A stretch of 50,673 nucleotides of DNA, taken from contig CAZUYA010000006.1 in the NCBI GenBank assembly GCA_964624685.1, positions 1-50,673 of the forward strand, read 5' to 3'. Position numbers and translations under genes: made by a program. The notes beneath the pieces are model-generated. The model ran no database searches and was not told the origin of the DNA. It saw only the letters and a list, made by a program, of their open reading frames with translations. This DNA is from an uncultured Ruminococcus sp. Lineage in GTDB: Bacteria > Bacillota > Clostridia > Oscillospirales > CAG-272. Below, piece by piece: positions 25,939 to 34,908 of this stretch (positions are counted from its first letter, which is position 1; each line of letters begins with the position of its first letter).

Positions 25939-26682
25939 ATGAATACGCTTTATAATCTGTTGGTTGGAGCTTTCACGGGGGAAGCCAAAGATACTTTTTC
26001 CGTATTTTCCTCAATTGAAGAAATCGTAAAGAATTGGATGGAAGGCATTGGAGTTCCCCCAATTGCATTGTATGTGGTTGCTCTCGTGGCGGCAGTCGGA
26101 TTGGGTTATTTTTCTTATAAACTTTCCAAAATATTGATCGGTGCAGTTTCGGCGTGCGTCGGGTATTTGTTGGTCGGTGAAACATTGTATCGCTTTTTGA
26201 TAGATGTCGTACGATTCCAATTGTATGAAGTACCGCGTTACATTTTTGCGGGCATTGCCGCCGTTTTGTTCTTCATCATCGGATACAAATGTTTCCGCTA
26301 TGTGTTCTTTGCTTTGATGGGGGTCTTGGGTTATATTGTCGCATCTTTCTACATCAGTCCCTATACGGAAGAAATCTTACCGCTCATTGGCGTTGCGATC
26401 ATTGTAGCTTTGATTTCTGCTGTCTTTGTTCGCGGAACTTTGATTTTGGTAACGTCGTTCGGGTCTGCATTGGTTGCAATCACGGCACTTTCTCGTATAT
26501 TTCCGACAGTGGAATTCCTTCAAATGGAAAATCACTGGATTGCATGCGTAATTGCTGGTGTTTTGACATTGGTCTTCTTCATTGTTCAACTTTTGACAAC
26601 CCGTACAGATAAAGCGGATCGTGTTCACAAGCGCAAGAACAAGAATATGATACGCAGAAAAAGAATTGTCAGAGAATATTAA
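25939..26682 (+). CDS. Multi-pass membrane protein (DUF4203/TM7S3-like)
   Basis: About 7 hydrophobic segments with GYxxYK/R repeats and a TSFG motif; basic tail; AAGGAG RBS (alternative start 25933). Confidence 0.7.
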   Translation: MNTLYNLLVGAFTGEAKDTFSVFSSIEEIVKNWMEGIGVPPIALYVVALVAAVGLGYFSYKLSKILIGAVSACVGYLLVGETLYRFLIDVVRFQLYEVPRYIFAGIAAVLFFIIGYKCFRYVFFALMGVLGYIVASFYISPYTEEILPLIGVAIIVALISAVFVRGTLILVTSFGSALVAITALSRIFPTVEFLQMENHWIACVIAGVLTLVFFIVQLLTTRTDKADRVHKRKNKNMIRRKRIVREY

Positions 26683-26683
26683 A

Positions 26684-26724
26684 AAATATCCGACGTCCGC
26701 TTCAAGGACGTCGGATATTTCTTT
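26684..26724 (+). terminator. Intrinsic terminator
   Basis: AAATATCCGACGTCC / GGACGTCGGATATTT stem just after the stop. Confidence 0.85.
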
Positions 26725-26818
26725 GACCGCAAATTGCGGCTGTGCCATGATTGGAGGCGTTGCTTTTTGCATGTTTTTTGCTTTCGACAAAATTTTATTG
26801 GAAAATCTGTTTCACAGG

Positions 26819-26847
26819 TTGACTTTTTTGTAAAAACGTTGTATAAT
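26819..26847 (+). promoter_or_regulatory. Sigma-A promoter of the COG0523 pair
   Basis: TTGACT-17 nt-TATAAT. Confidence 0.8.
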
Positions 26848-26885
26848 AAATATAATGATTTTTTGAAAAAGAGGGATGATTTCAA

Positions 26886-28067
26886 ATGACCAAAATTGAT
26901 ATTTTTTCCGGCTTTTTGGGTGCCGGCAAAACCACATTGATTAAGAAATTATTGAAAGAGGCTTATGCCGGCGAAAAACTGGTGCTGATCGAGAATGAAT
27001 TTGGCGAGATTGGTATTGACGGCGGTTTTATGCAAGATGCGGGAATCGAAGTTACGGAAATGAACAGCGGATGTATTTGTTGTTCATTGGTCGGTGATTT
27101 CGGAAAAGCTTTGCGCCAAGTTTTGGATCAATATCATCCGGATCGAATCTTGATTGAGCCGTCCGGTGTCGGAAAACTTTCGGATATTATCCGTGCGGTT
27201 CAAAATTTGGAAATGAGCGACGTATTACTCAATGGATTTACCACCGTTGCCGATGTCAAAAAATGCAAAATGTATATGAAAAACTTCGGCGAATTTTTTA
27301 ATGACCAAATTTCCAATGCGGGGTGTATCGTTCTTTCCCATACGCAGAGCGTTTCGGAAGAACAGATCGAATCCACCGTTCGATTGTTGCGTGAAAAGAA
27401 TCCGTCGGCGGTCATTGTGACGACTCCGTGGGATGTTTTGGACGGTCAACAGTTGTTGGCTGCAATGGAACGCCGCGATACCATCGAAGAAGAATTGGCT
27501 CGTCTTGCCGAATCCGTTCATGACGAGGATGAGTGTGATGATCCGGATTGTTGCTGTCATCACCATCATGAACATGGGGAACATCATCATTGTCACCATC
27601 ACGAGGATGAAGAAGGGGAGCATCATTGTCACCAACATGGGGATGAAGACCACGGAGAGCATTGTTGCCACCATGATGAGGAGGAACATCACCACCATTG
27701 TCATGACGGTGACGGCGATTCCTGTGAGTGCCATGATCATCACGATCATGAACACGGACATCATCACCATCATCACCATCACGCCGATGAGGTTTTTGTC
27801 AGCCTTGGTGCAGAGACAACAAAAAAATTCGGCAAAGAAGAATTGGAAAAAATTCTTTCCTCGCTCTCCGATGAAACTTATGGGATCATCCTGCGTGCCA
27901 AGGGCATTGTGGAGTGTTCATGCGGTCAATGGTTGCATTTTGATTATGTTCCGGGTGAAGGCGATGTTCGTCAGGGGTCTGCTGCAATCACCGGCAGACT
28001 GTGCGTGATCGGCTCCCAATTGAATGCAGATGCACTGTCCGAACTGTTCGGCGTTGTTTTGAAGTGA
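26886..28067 (+). CDS. COG0523/CobW-family metallochaperone GTPase with His/Cys-rich linker
   Basis: GFLGAGKTT, ENEFGE, GCICC and IEPSG motifs; ~88-aa His/Cys/acidic tract; CobW_C-like RAKG..LCVIG. Confidence 0.92.
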   Translation: MTKIDIFSGFLGAGKTTLIKKLLKEAYAGEKLVLIENEFGEIGIDGGFMQDAGIEVTEMNSGCICCSLVGDFGKALRQVLDQYHPDRILIEPSGVGKLSDIIRAVQNLEMSDVLLNGFTTVADVKKCKMYMKNFGEFFNDQISNAGCIVLSHTQSVSEEQIESTVRLLREKNPSAVIVTTPWDVLDGQQLLAAMERRDTIEEELARLAESVHDEDECDDPDCCCHHHHEHGEHHHCHHHEDEEGEHHCHQHGDEDHGEHCCHHDEEEHHHHCHDGDGDSCECHDHHDHEHGHHHHHHHHADEVFVSLGAETTKKFGKEELEKILSSLSDETYGIILRAKGIVECSCGQWLHFDYVPGEGDVRQGSAAITGRLCVIGSQLNADALSELFGVVLK

Positions 28068-28077
28068 GGCGAACGGT

Positions 28078-29028
28078 ATGGCGGCAGTGAAGCTTCCCGT
28101 TTATCTTTTTACCGGTTTTTTGGAGGGTGGTAAAACGCATATCATCCAGGAATCTATGGAGGATCAAAAATTTAATTCCGGTGAAAAAACACTGATCCTT
28201 CAATGCGAGGAAGGAATTGATGAATTGGATCCGTCTCGCTTTTACGGTCGAAATGTATATGTGGAGAGTATCGAAGACGAATCGCAACTGACCAAAGCGT
28301 ATTTGACCGCAATCGGAAAGAAGCACCGATTGGATCGCGTCATCATTGAATATAACGGTATGTGGCAACTCAATACGTTGTATGAAAATCTTCCGGATAC
28401 GTGGGGAATCTATCAAGAAATGATGTTTGCCGATGCCGGCAGTTTCCTTTCCTACAATGCCAATATGCGTCAGTTGACGGTCGATAAATTACTCAATGCT
28501 GAAATGATTGTTCTCAATCGCACATCGGAATCTGTGGATAAAGAGGAGATTCACCGTGTGATTCGCGGAATTTCACGCCGTGCGGCAATTACTTATGATT
28601 ATCCGGACGGGCATGTGGAATATGATGATATTGAAGATCCGTTGCCCTTTGATTTGGAGGCACCCGTTGTCGATATAACCGATGAAGACTATGCGTTGTT
28701 TTACCGTGATATTTCCGAAGATATGGAAAAGTACAATGGAAAGACGATTCGCTTTAAGGGATTGGTTGCCAAAGATGCTTCCTTGGGGGATCGGAGTATC
28801 CTTGCCGGCAGACATGTCATGACGTGTTGTGCCAATGATATTGCCTTTGATCCGTTGGTTTGTGTGTTTGATGAAAAGACGACACTCAAAACGAGGGATT
28901 GGGCAATTTTGACCGGAACGATCAGCTTGGAAAAGCACAAGCTGTATCGAGGGGTTGGACCGGTTCTTTACGTGACAAAATCCGAGTTTGCGGTTGCGCC
29001 TGCGCAGGAGTTGGCAACGTTTTATTGA
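28078..29028 (+). CDS. CobW-like GTPase partner with C-terminal TIGR03943/DUF1980-like domain
   Basis: GFLEGGKT, CEEG, IEYNGMW and GRHVMTCCANDI; the usual clostridial partner of the preceding gene. Confidence 0.85.
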   Translation: MAAVKLPVYLFTGFLEGGKTHIIQESMEDQKFNSGEKTLILQCEEGIDELDPSRFYGRNVYVESIEDESQLTKAYLTAIGKKHRLDRVIIEYNGMWQLNTLYENLPDTWGIYQEMMFADAGSFLSYNANMRQLTVDKLLNAEMIVLNRTSESVDKEEIHRVIRGISRRAAITYDYPDGHVEYDDIEDPLPFDLEAPVVDITDEDYALFYRDISEDMEKYNGKTIRFKGLVAKDASLGDRSILAGRHVMTCCANDIAFDPLVCVFDEKTTLKTRDWAILTGTISLEKHKLYRGVGPVLYVTKSEFAVAPAQELATFY

Positions 29029-29054
29029 TTTTTCTGATTGCTTTGTTCCAATCC

Positions 29055-29091
29055 AATCGAGAGGTCTCCATCGGACTTCTCGATTTTTTTT
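29055..29091 (+). terminator. Intrinsic terminator
   Basis: AATCGAGAGGTC / GACTTCTCGATT stem followed by a T-run. Confidence 0.8.
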
Positions 29092-29132
29092 ACAAAAATA
29101 TAAAATTTGCAAATATTTTTTACAAAAAACTA

Positions 29133-29161
29133 TTGGATTTTTGATATGACTATGATATAAT
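29133..29161 (+). promoter_or_regulatory. Sigma-A promoter of the cdaA operon
   Basis: TTGGAT-17 nt-TATAAT with extended TG. Confidence 0.65.
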
Positions 29162-29210
29162 ATATATGATTGTATCAATTCGATAATCAATGTTTTCGGA
29201 GGCAACGGCA

Positions 29211-30302
29211 ATGAACGTCTTGGTAAGAGTCGGGGAACAAATCGGCTCGTGGTTTATGCGATATGTGGCACAACCATTTTTGCAGATCGGCGTGTGGGAT
29301 GTCATTGATATTTTGATTCTTGCAATCCTTTTATATCGGGTTTACCGATTTGTTCGGACGCGTCGTGCCGCAAGAGTCATGATCGGATTGTTGTTTGTGG
29401 TTCTGCTGTCCATTGTATTGCAATTTTTGAATCTACCGACGTTGAACTATATCATTGCCTTATTTTCCGCTTCCGCATTCTTTTGCGTGGTTGTGATCTT
29501 TCAACCGGAAATTCGTGACGCATTGGAACGCATCGGAAATTGTACATTTTTGAATCCAGGAAGCGATACTTTGCCTAAAAAACATTATTGGCTTGCCAAA
29601 TCGGTTGCAGATGAAGTCGTGGATGCGGTCTATGCGCTTTCCGAAAGTAAAACAGGGGCATTGATCATTTTTGAAGGTTTGACCAAGTTGGGAGACTATA
29701 TGCACAGCGGAAAAATCATTGATGCGCGTGTGACCTCTCATTTGTTGCAAAATATTTTTTACGATAAAGCGCCTCTACATGATGGGGCTTTGATTATCCG
29801 CAATATGCGTTTGTGGGCGGCAAGTTGCGTGTTACCGTCTACAAAAGGCAACTTGGATTTCGGAAGTATGGGAACTCGTCATCGTGCGGCAGTCGGAGTT
29901 ACCGAAGTCAGTGACGCATTGGCGTTGATCGTTTCGGAAGAAACCGGAACGGTGTCTGTTGCGCAGGATGGGAAGTTGTTGCGCGGAGTGGATCGAGAAA
30001 CTTTGCGTGATATTTTGATGACTTATCTTGCCGGACGTTTGTATTTGCGTGTGAAACGCGGTGTGCATGTGGATCCTTTTGACGGGGTTCCGAAATTGAA
30101 ACGGTATGATGATGAAGCCGACCCGACGGTTAATCCGCAAAGACAGAATGAAGCTGTTGAGGATGTCGGAATTCCTGCTGTTGCGACGGAAGAACCGGAC
30201 GAAGATCTTGCAACACAGATGAATGTATTTGATGTGGAAAAAGCCGATGTAACATCGGCGTATGCGTCGAAGGAAACCGATGGCAGAGACGCTGACATTT
30301 AA
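29211..30302 (+). CDS. cdaA: Membrane diadenylate cyclase CdaA/DacA
   Basis: 3 TM helices, IFQPEIR, PLHDGA, GTRHRAA and VSEETG; acidic C-terminal tail; GGAGG RBS. Confidence 0.93.
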   Translation: MNVLVRVGEQIGSWFMRYVAQPFLQIGVWDVIDILILAILLYRVYRFVRTRRAARVMIGLLFVVLLSIVLQFLNLPTLNYIIALFSASAFFCVVVIFQPEIRDALERIGNCTFLNPGSDTLPKKHYWLAKSVADEVVDAVYALSESKTGALIIFEGLTKLGDYMHSGKIIDARVTSHLLQNIFYDKAPLHDGALIIRNMRLWAASCVLPSTKGNLDFGSMGTRHRAAVGVTEVSDALALIVSEETGTVSVAQDGKLLRGVDRETLRDILMTYLAGRLYLRVKRGVHVDPFDGVPKLKRYDDEADPTVNPQRQNEAVEDVGIPAVATEEPDEDLATQMNVFDVEKADVTSAYASKETDGRDADI

Positions 30303-30352
30303 GTTTTGTGTGCAGATCTGCTTATCAAAATCGCAAAGGAGTTGATGCTGAA

Positions 30353-30550
30353 ATGAAAAAGAATGCAGTCGGACGCGTTTTGGCGTATAAAGAGCCTGTC
30401 GGTCGTCGATTGGCTTCCTGGCACTTACCGGCAAAATTTCTGTGTTTGCTGTTGGCTGTTGTCATTTGGTTGATGGTTACCAACCTCAATTCCGTTGCCG
30501 ACGAAAAAGGAAACGGCTTGGATGTCGAAACAACGGATACTCTTGTATGA
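30353..30550 (+). CDS. 65-aa single-TM protein resembling the CdaR N-terminal anchor (no YbbR domains)
   Basis: AAGGAG RBS. KFLCLLLAVVIWLMV matches the CdaR-type K(I/L)xSLxxAxxLWxYV helix. Sits in the cdaR position; ATGA overlap with the next gene. Confidence 0.65.
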   Translation: MKKNAVGRVLAYKEPVGRRLASWHLPAKFLCLLLAVVIWLMVTNLNSVADEKGNGLDVETTDTLV

Positions 30551-32184
30551 TGGGAATGAAATTTTTGATATGCGGGATTCGATCGTCGATCGAATCCGAC
30601 GATGATGTCATTTTGAAAAAAGCAAGAGATAAAATGAAGCGGGCGGGAATTTCGATCTCGACGCTTCATTTTCGGCTTTATAAAAAATCGATCGATGCAA
30701 GACATCGTGAGGATATTTGTTTTGAATGTACCGTTTTGGCTGAAAGTACGTCGGAAATGGAAGAACCTTCTGATGAACAATTAGCGCGTGCCGATGCAAA
30801 ACGGTTGCGGGAGTCGCCGTTGGAGGTGACTCCGGGGAATGAACGGTTGGATGCACGTCCTTTGGTGGTCGGAATGGGACCTGCCGGATTGTTTGCGGCA
30901 CTGTTGCTGGCGCGATACGGATACCGCCCGATCCTAATTGACAGAGGTGCCGCGGTTTCCGAACGCGAGCGTGATGTGGAACGGTTTCGCCGAGATGGCG
31001 TTTTGAATCCGAACAGTAATATTCAATTCGGTGCAGGTGGTGCCGGAACCTTTTCGGACGGAAAATTGATTACCAGGATACACGATGCTCGCTGTGGTTT
31101 TGTCTTGCAGACGTTGTGTCAATTCGGTGCACCGCAGGATATTTTAATCAAAGCAAAACCGCATATCGGAACCGATCTTTTGCGTACCGTTGTTTCCGGA
31201 ATGTTATCGGAGATTGAACGGTTGGGGGGGACTGTTCGGTATCATTGTTGCATGGAAGAAATTCGAGAATTGCCTGACGGTACGCTTTCTGTACGCACTT
31301 CGACCGGTGTGTTCCATTGCGGTGCTTTGATCTTGGCAATCGGACACAGTGCAAGGGATACCTATCGGTATCTTGTCAAATCCGATTTTGTATTGGAACC
31401 GAAACCCATTTCCGTCGGTGTTCGGGTGGAACATTTGCAGTCCGAAATCGATGCTGCTTTGTACGGTCGATTTGCGGGACATCCGAAGCTTGGTCCGGCG
31501 GAATATGCATTGTCCGATACGCGCGGTACGCGAGGAGTTTATACTTTCTGTATGTGTCCGGGTGGTGAAGTTATAGCAGCTTCCTCCGAGGAGGGGCATC
31601 TTGTTGTGAACGGAATGAGCTATCATGCGCGCAACGGAAAAAACGCGAATGCCGCTGTTGCGGTGTCTGTCGGATGCGAAGCTTTTGAACCGGTTGACGG
31701 CAGTCTTGCACTGGGGGCGATTGATTTTCAACGTCGATTGGAACGTGACGCATATTTGGCAGGCGGCGGAGATTACTATGCGCCGATTATGACGATGGGA
31801 GATTTTTTGAACGGTCACAGCGGAAGCATTCCGTCCCGCATTTTACCGTCTTATCGCGACGGCAAGGTTCGTGTTTCAAATTTTGAAACCATATTTCCGC
31901 CGTTTGTCATTGAATCTTTGCGTTACGGATTGCGTTCTTTCGGGCAACGGTTAAAGGGATATGATACAGCCGATGCGATTTTAACGGCGGCAGAGACCAG
32001 GACATCATCGCCTGTTCGGTTGTTACGGGATCCGCAACAAATGACGGCTTTGCGACACGACCGTATTTATCCGTGCGGTGAAGGCGCCGGATATGCGGGC
32101 GGGATCACAAGTGCGGCTGTGGATGGAATTCGTTCGGCACAAGCCTTGATGTCACGATTTTCTATGCCAAAGGATGAAATGTAA
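30547..32184 (+). CDS. NAD(P)/FAD-dependent oxidoreductase (COG2509-like)
   Basis: GMGPAGLFAA, GAGGAGTFSDGKL, PHIGTD, FCMCPGG, ETRTSSP and GEGAGYAGGITSAAVDG. Confidence 0.9.
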   Translation: MMGMKFLICGIRSSIESDDDVILKKARDKMKRAGISISTLHFRLYKKSIDARHREDICFECTVLAESTSEMEEPSDEQLARADAKRLRESPLEVTPGNERLDARPLVVGMGPAGLFAALLLARYGYRPILIDRGAAVSERERDVERFRRDGVLNPNSNIQFGAGGAGTFSDGKLITRIHDARCGFVLQTLCQFGAPQDILIKAKPHIGTDLLRTVVSGMLSEIERLGGTVRYHCCMEEIRELPDGTLSVRTSTGVFHCGALILAIGHSARDTYRYLVKSDFVLEPKPISVGVRVEHLQSEIDAALYGRFAGHPKLGPAEYALSDTRGTRGVYTFCMCPGGEVIAASSEEGHLVVNGMSYHARNGKNANAAVAVSVGCEAFEPVDGSLALGAIDFQRRLERDAYLAGGGDYYAPIMTMGDFLNGHSGSIPSRILPSYRDGKVRVSNFETIFPPFVIESLRYGLRSFGQRLKGYDTADAILTAAETRTSSPVRLLRDPQQMTALRHDRIYPCGEGAGYAGGITSAAVDGIRSAQALMSRFSMPKDEM

Positions 32185-32204
32185 ACAAAAAGGGAGATGA
32201 GAAG

Positions 32205-32699
32205 ATGCAAACGAAAGCAATCGTTATTGCAAAAGACGGACTCTTTGCGACTGTGGAAACAGAGCGGATGTCCGCTTGCGAAGGTTGTCATAAAGCCGCT
32301 GACGGCGGTTGTTCGGTTTGCACGCTCATGGGCGGAGATCGAAAACTTGCCGCAAAAGCGTATAATCCCCTCAATGCGTCTGTGGGGGATACGGTGGTGA
32401 TTGAAAGTCGCACTGGACGCATTCTTTGGTATGCCGCATTGGTTTTTTTATTCCCGTTGATTTTCGGATTTCTGTTTTGGTGGATTGCGGCATGTTTGAC
32501 CGATGTTTCCGGAATCCGAATTTTGAGCGGATTCTGTGGTTTTATACTGTGTTTTGTCGGTGTGTTTTGTTATTCCAAACATTTGAACGGTTATGATGTT
32601 GAAATTACGGAAATCGTAAAAGTGAATGCTTGCAAGGAGGTATCAATGATCGATCGGACAACGAATGATCATCCGGAAGGCTCGAATGAAAGACATTAG
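32205..32699 (+). CDS. RseC/MucC family (SoxR reducing system) protein
   Basis: RxSACxxC...C motif, ASVGDTVVIE and two TM helices. Confidence 0.85.
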   Translation: MQTKAIVIAKDGLFATVETERMSACEGCHKAADGGCSVCTLMGGDRKLAAKAYNPLNASVGDTVVIESRTGRILWYAALVFLFPLIFGFLFWWIAACLTDVSGIRILSGFCGFILCFVGVFCYSKHLNGYDVEITEIVKVNACKEVSMIDRTTNDHPEGSNERH

Positions 32700-34881
32700 A
32701 AAACAAAAAAAGTGGAATTTGCTGTATCCCGTCGGAGATTCGGAAGCTGAAGCGTGTGTGTCGGCATTGGTTGAACAGCTTGCCATCTCTCCCGTAACGG
32801 CAAAATTATTGTATATGCGCGGGTATCAAACGCAAAAAGAGGTTTTGGCTTTTTTACATCAGGAAGAAGCACAGTTGTATTCCCCTTTTTTGTTGCAGGA
32901 TATGGAACCGGCGGCGGAACGAATTTTGTATGCGCTGAAACACGGAGAACGCATTGCCGTTTACGGCGATTACGATGTGGATGGTGTTACATCGGTGAGT
33001 TTATTGTATCTTTATTTACGGGAATACAATGCCGATGTTGGCTACTATATTCCGTGCAGAAGTCGGGAAGGATACGGACTTTCAAACCCTGCCATGGACA
33101 GATTGAAAGAGCGCGGTACGCAGTTGATGATTACCGTCGATACGGGAATTACCGCAATCGAAGAAATTGCATATGCAAAAAGCTTAGGGATCGATACGGT
33201 CGTGACCGACCATCACGAATGTCGTCCGGAGTTGCCTGCGGCGTGTGCCGTTGTCAATCCGCATCGTTTGGAGGATCGCTATCCGTTTAAGGAATTGGCG
33301 GGTGTCGGCGTGATTTTTAAGGTGATCTGCGCTTGTGAGATGCTTCGTTGCCGACGGGAGGGGCAATCGGAATTAGACGGTGTTCGTCGACTTTGTCAGA
33401 CTTACGCCGATTTGGTGGCACTTGGTACGATTGCCGATGTGATGCCGGTAGTGGATGAAAATCGTTTATTGATTTCGTTCGGTTTGCGACTGATGGAGAA
33501 TACCCGTCGTCCCGGGTTGCGAGCTTTGATCGATGCCGCGTCCGGAAAATCCAACGATGCCAAGGGGACGTCGAAAAAAAGAAAGATCAATTCTTCTTTC
33601 ATCGGTTTTGGGATTGCTCCACGCATGAATGCAGCTGGGCGCGTCAGCTCTGCCTCGATTGCGGTGGAGTTGTTACTTGCCGACGATGAAGCGACGGCAA
33701 AGGATTTGGCAAATCAATTGTGTGAGTTGAATCTTGCTCGGCAAACGGAAGAAAACCGCATTGTCGAACAAGCTTATCAAAAAATTGAATCGACCTTGAA
33801 TCAAGAGACCGATCGTGTGATTGTCATTGACGACGATACCTGGAAACAGGGAATTATCGGGATCGTTTCTTCGCGAATTACGGAACGATACGGTTTGCCG
33901 TCCATTTTGATTTCTTTTGACGGTGCCTCGGATGGTTCCGGGCGTGAAGATGACATGGGGAAAGGTTCCGGACGTAGCATCAAAGGATTAAACTTGGTGG
34001 AAGCATTGGCGGATTGTGAAGATCTGTTGGTACGGTTTGGAGGACATGAATTGGCTGCCGGATTGACGATTCGGCGGTGCAATATCGACCTTTTTCGCAA
34101 TCGGATCAATCAATATGCGGCAAAACAACTGACGGACGAGATGCTGTGTACTTGCCTGGATGCCGATTGTGCGGTCGAAATGCAGGATTTGACGCTTCGA
34201 TTGGCACAGGAGATCACTCAACTGGAACCGTTCGGCAACGCGAATCCCGTCCCGAATCTGATGCTTTGCAATGCGGTTTTGCAACGGATTACACCGTTGG
34301 GTGGAGGAAAACATACCAAACTTTTATTGGAGAAAGACGGTATTTCCATGCATGCGATTTGGTTTGGTATGAACACGGAGCAACTTCCGTTTGAAATTCA
34401 TGACATTGTGGATATTCTTTTCCAATTGAATGTCAACGAATTTCAAAATGTGACCTCTTTGCAGATGATCGTACAGGATATGCGTCTTTCGGTTGGAATG
34501 ACCGAATCACTTCAGATACAAAAAGAGCGGTATCAAGCAATTTTGAATGGAGGTGCTTTTACCGCCGAAGAGGAGGTCTTGCCGACACGAGACGATTTGG
34601 CTGTTGTGTATAGCCTCCTTTTGCGGGAATATCGGACAAAACATACCTATTTCCCGATTCGTAGAATCTTAAATTTGCTTCACACGTCCGGTCATCCAAT
34701 CGGTTATATCAAATTGGAATTTCTTCTTCGCATGATGCAGGAATTGCATTTATGTGAAATTACCGAGACGAGCGAGGATTGTTACCTTTTGGATTTTGTT
34801 CCGGATCCGGTAAAAACCAGTATTGAAAATTCCTCCACGTTGCGTCGTTTGCGGACACAGCTTTGCAAGTCGGATGGTTGA
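32686..34881 (+). CDS. recJ: Single-stranded-DNA exonuclease RecJ
   Basis: GDYDVDG, ITVDTG, TDHH, ALGTIAD, APRMNAAGR, GSGRS and GGHELAAG. Confidence 0.96.
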   Translation: MKDIRKQKKWNLLYPVGDSEAEACVSALVEQLAISPVTAKLLYMRGYQTQKEVLAFLHQEEAQLYSPFLLQDMEPAAERILYALKHGERIAVYGDYDVDGVTSVSLLYLYLREYNADVGYYIPCRSREGYGLSNPAMDRLKERGTQLMITVDTGITAIEEIAYAKSLGIDTVVTDHHECRPELPAACAVVNPHRLEDRYPFKELAGVGVIFKVICACEMLRCRREGQSELDGVRRLCQTYADLVALGTIADVMPVVDENRLLISFGLRLMENTRRPGLRALIDAASGKSNDAKGTSKKRKINSSFIGFGIAPRMNAAGRVSSASIAVELLLADDEATAKDLANQLCELNLARQTEENRIVEQAYQKIESTLNQETDRVIVIDDDTWKQGIIGIVSSRITERYGLPSILISFDGASDGSGREDDMGKGSGRSIKGLNLVEALADCEDLLVRFGGHELAAGLTIRRCNIDLFRNRINQYAAKQLTDEMLCTCLDADCAVEMQDLTLRLAQEITQLEPFGNANPVPNLMLCNAVLQRITPLGGGKHTKLLLEKDGISMHAIWFGMNTEQLPFEIHDIVDILFQLNVNEFQNVTSLQMIVQDMRLSVGMTESLQIQKERYQAILNGGAFTAEEEVLPTRDDLAVVYSLLLREYRTKHTYFPIRRILNLLHTSGHPIGYIKLEFLLRMMQELHLCEITETSEDCYLLDFVPDPVKTSIENSSTLRRLRTQLCKSDG

Positions 34882-34908
34882 GTATGGAGAAAGGCAGGGG
34901 CTTTTTTG

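Noticed and set aside
26840-26870. Possible Zur box at the COG0523 promoter
   Set aside because: Only loose AT-rich similarity; no convincing palindrome.
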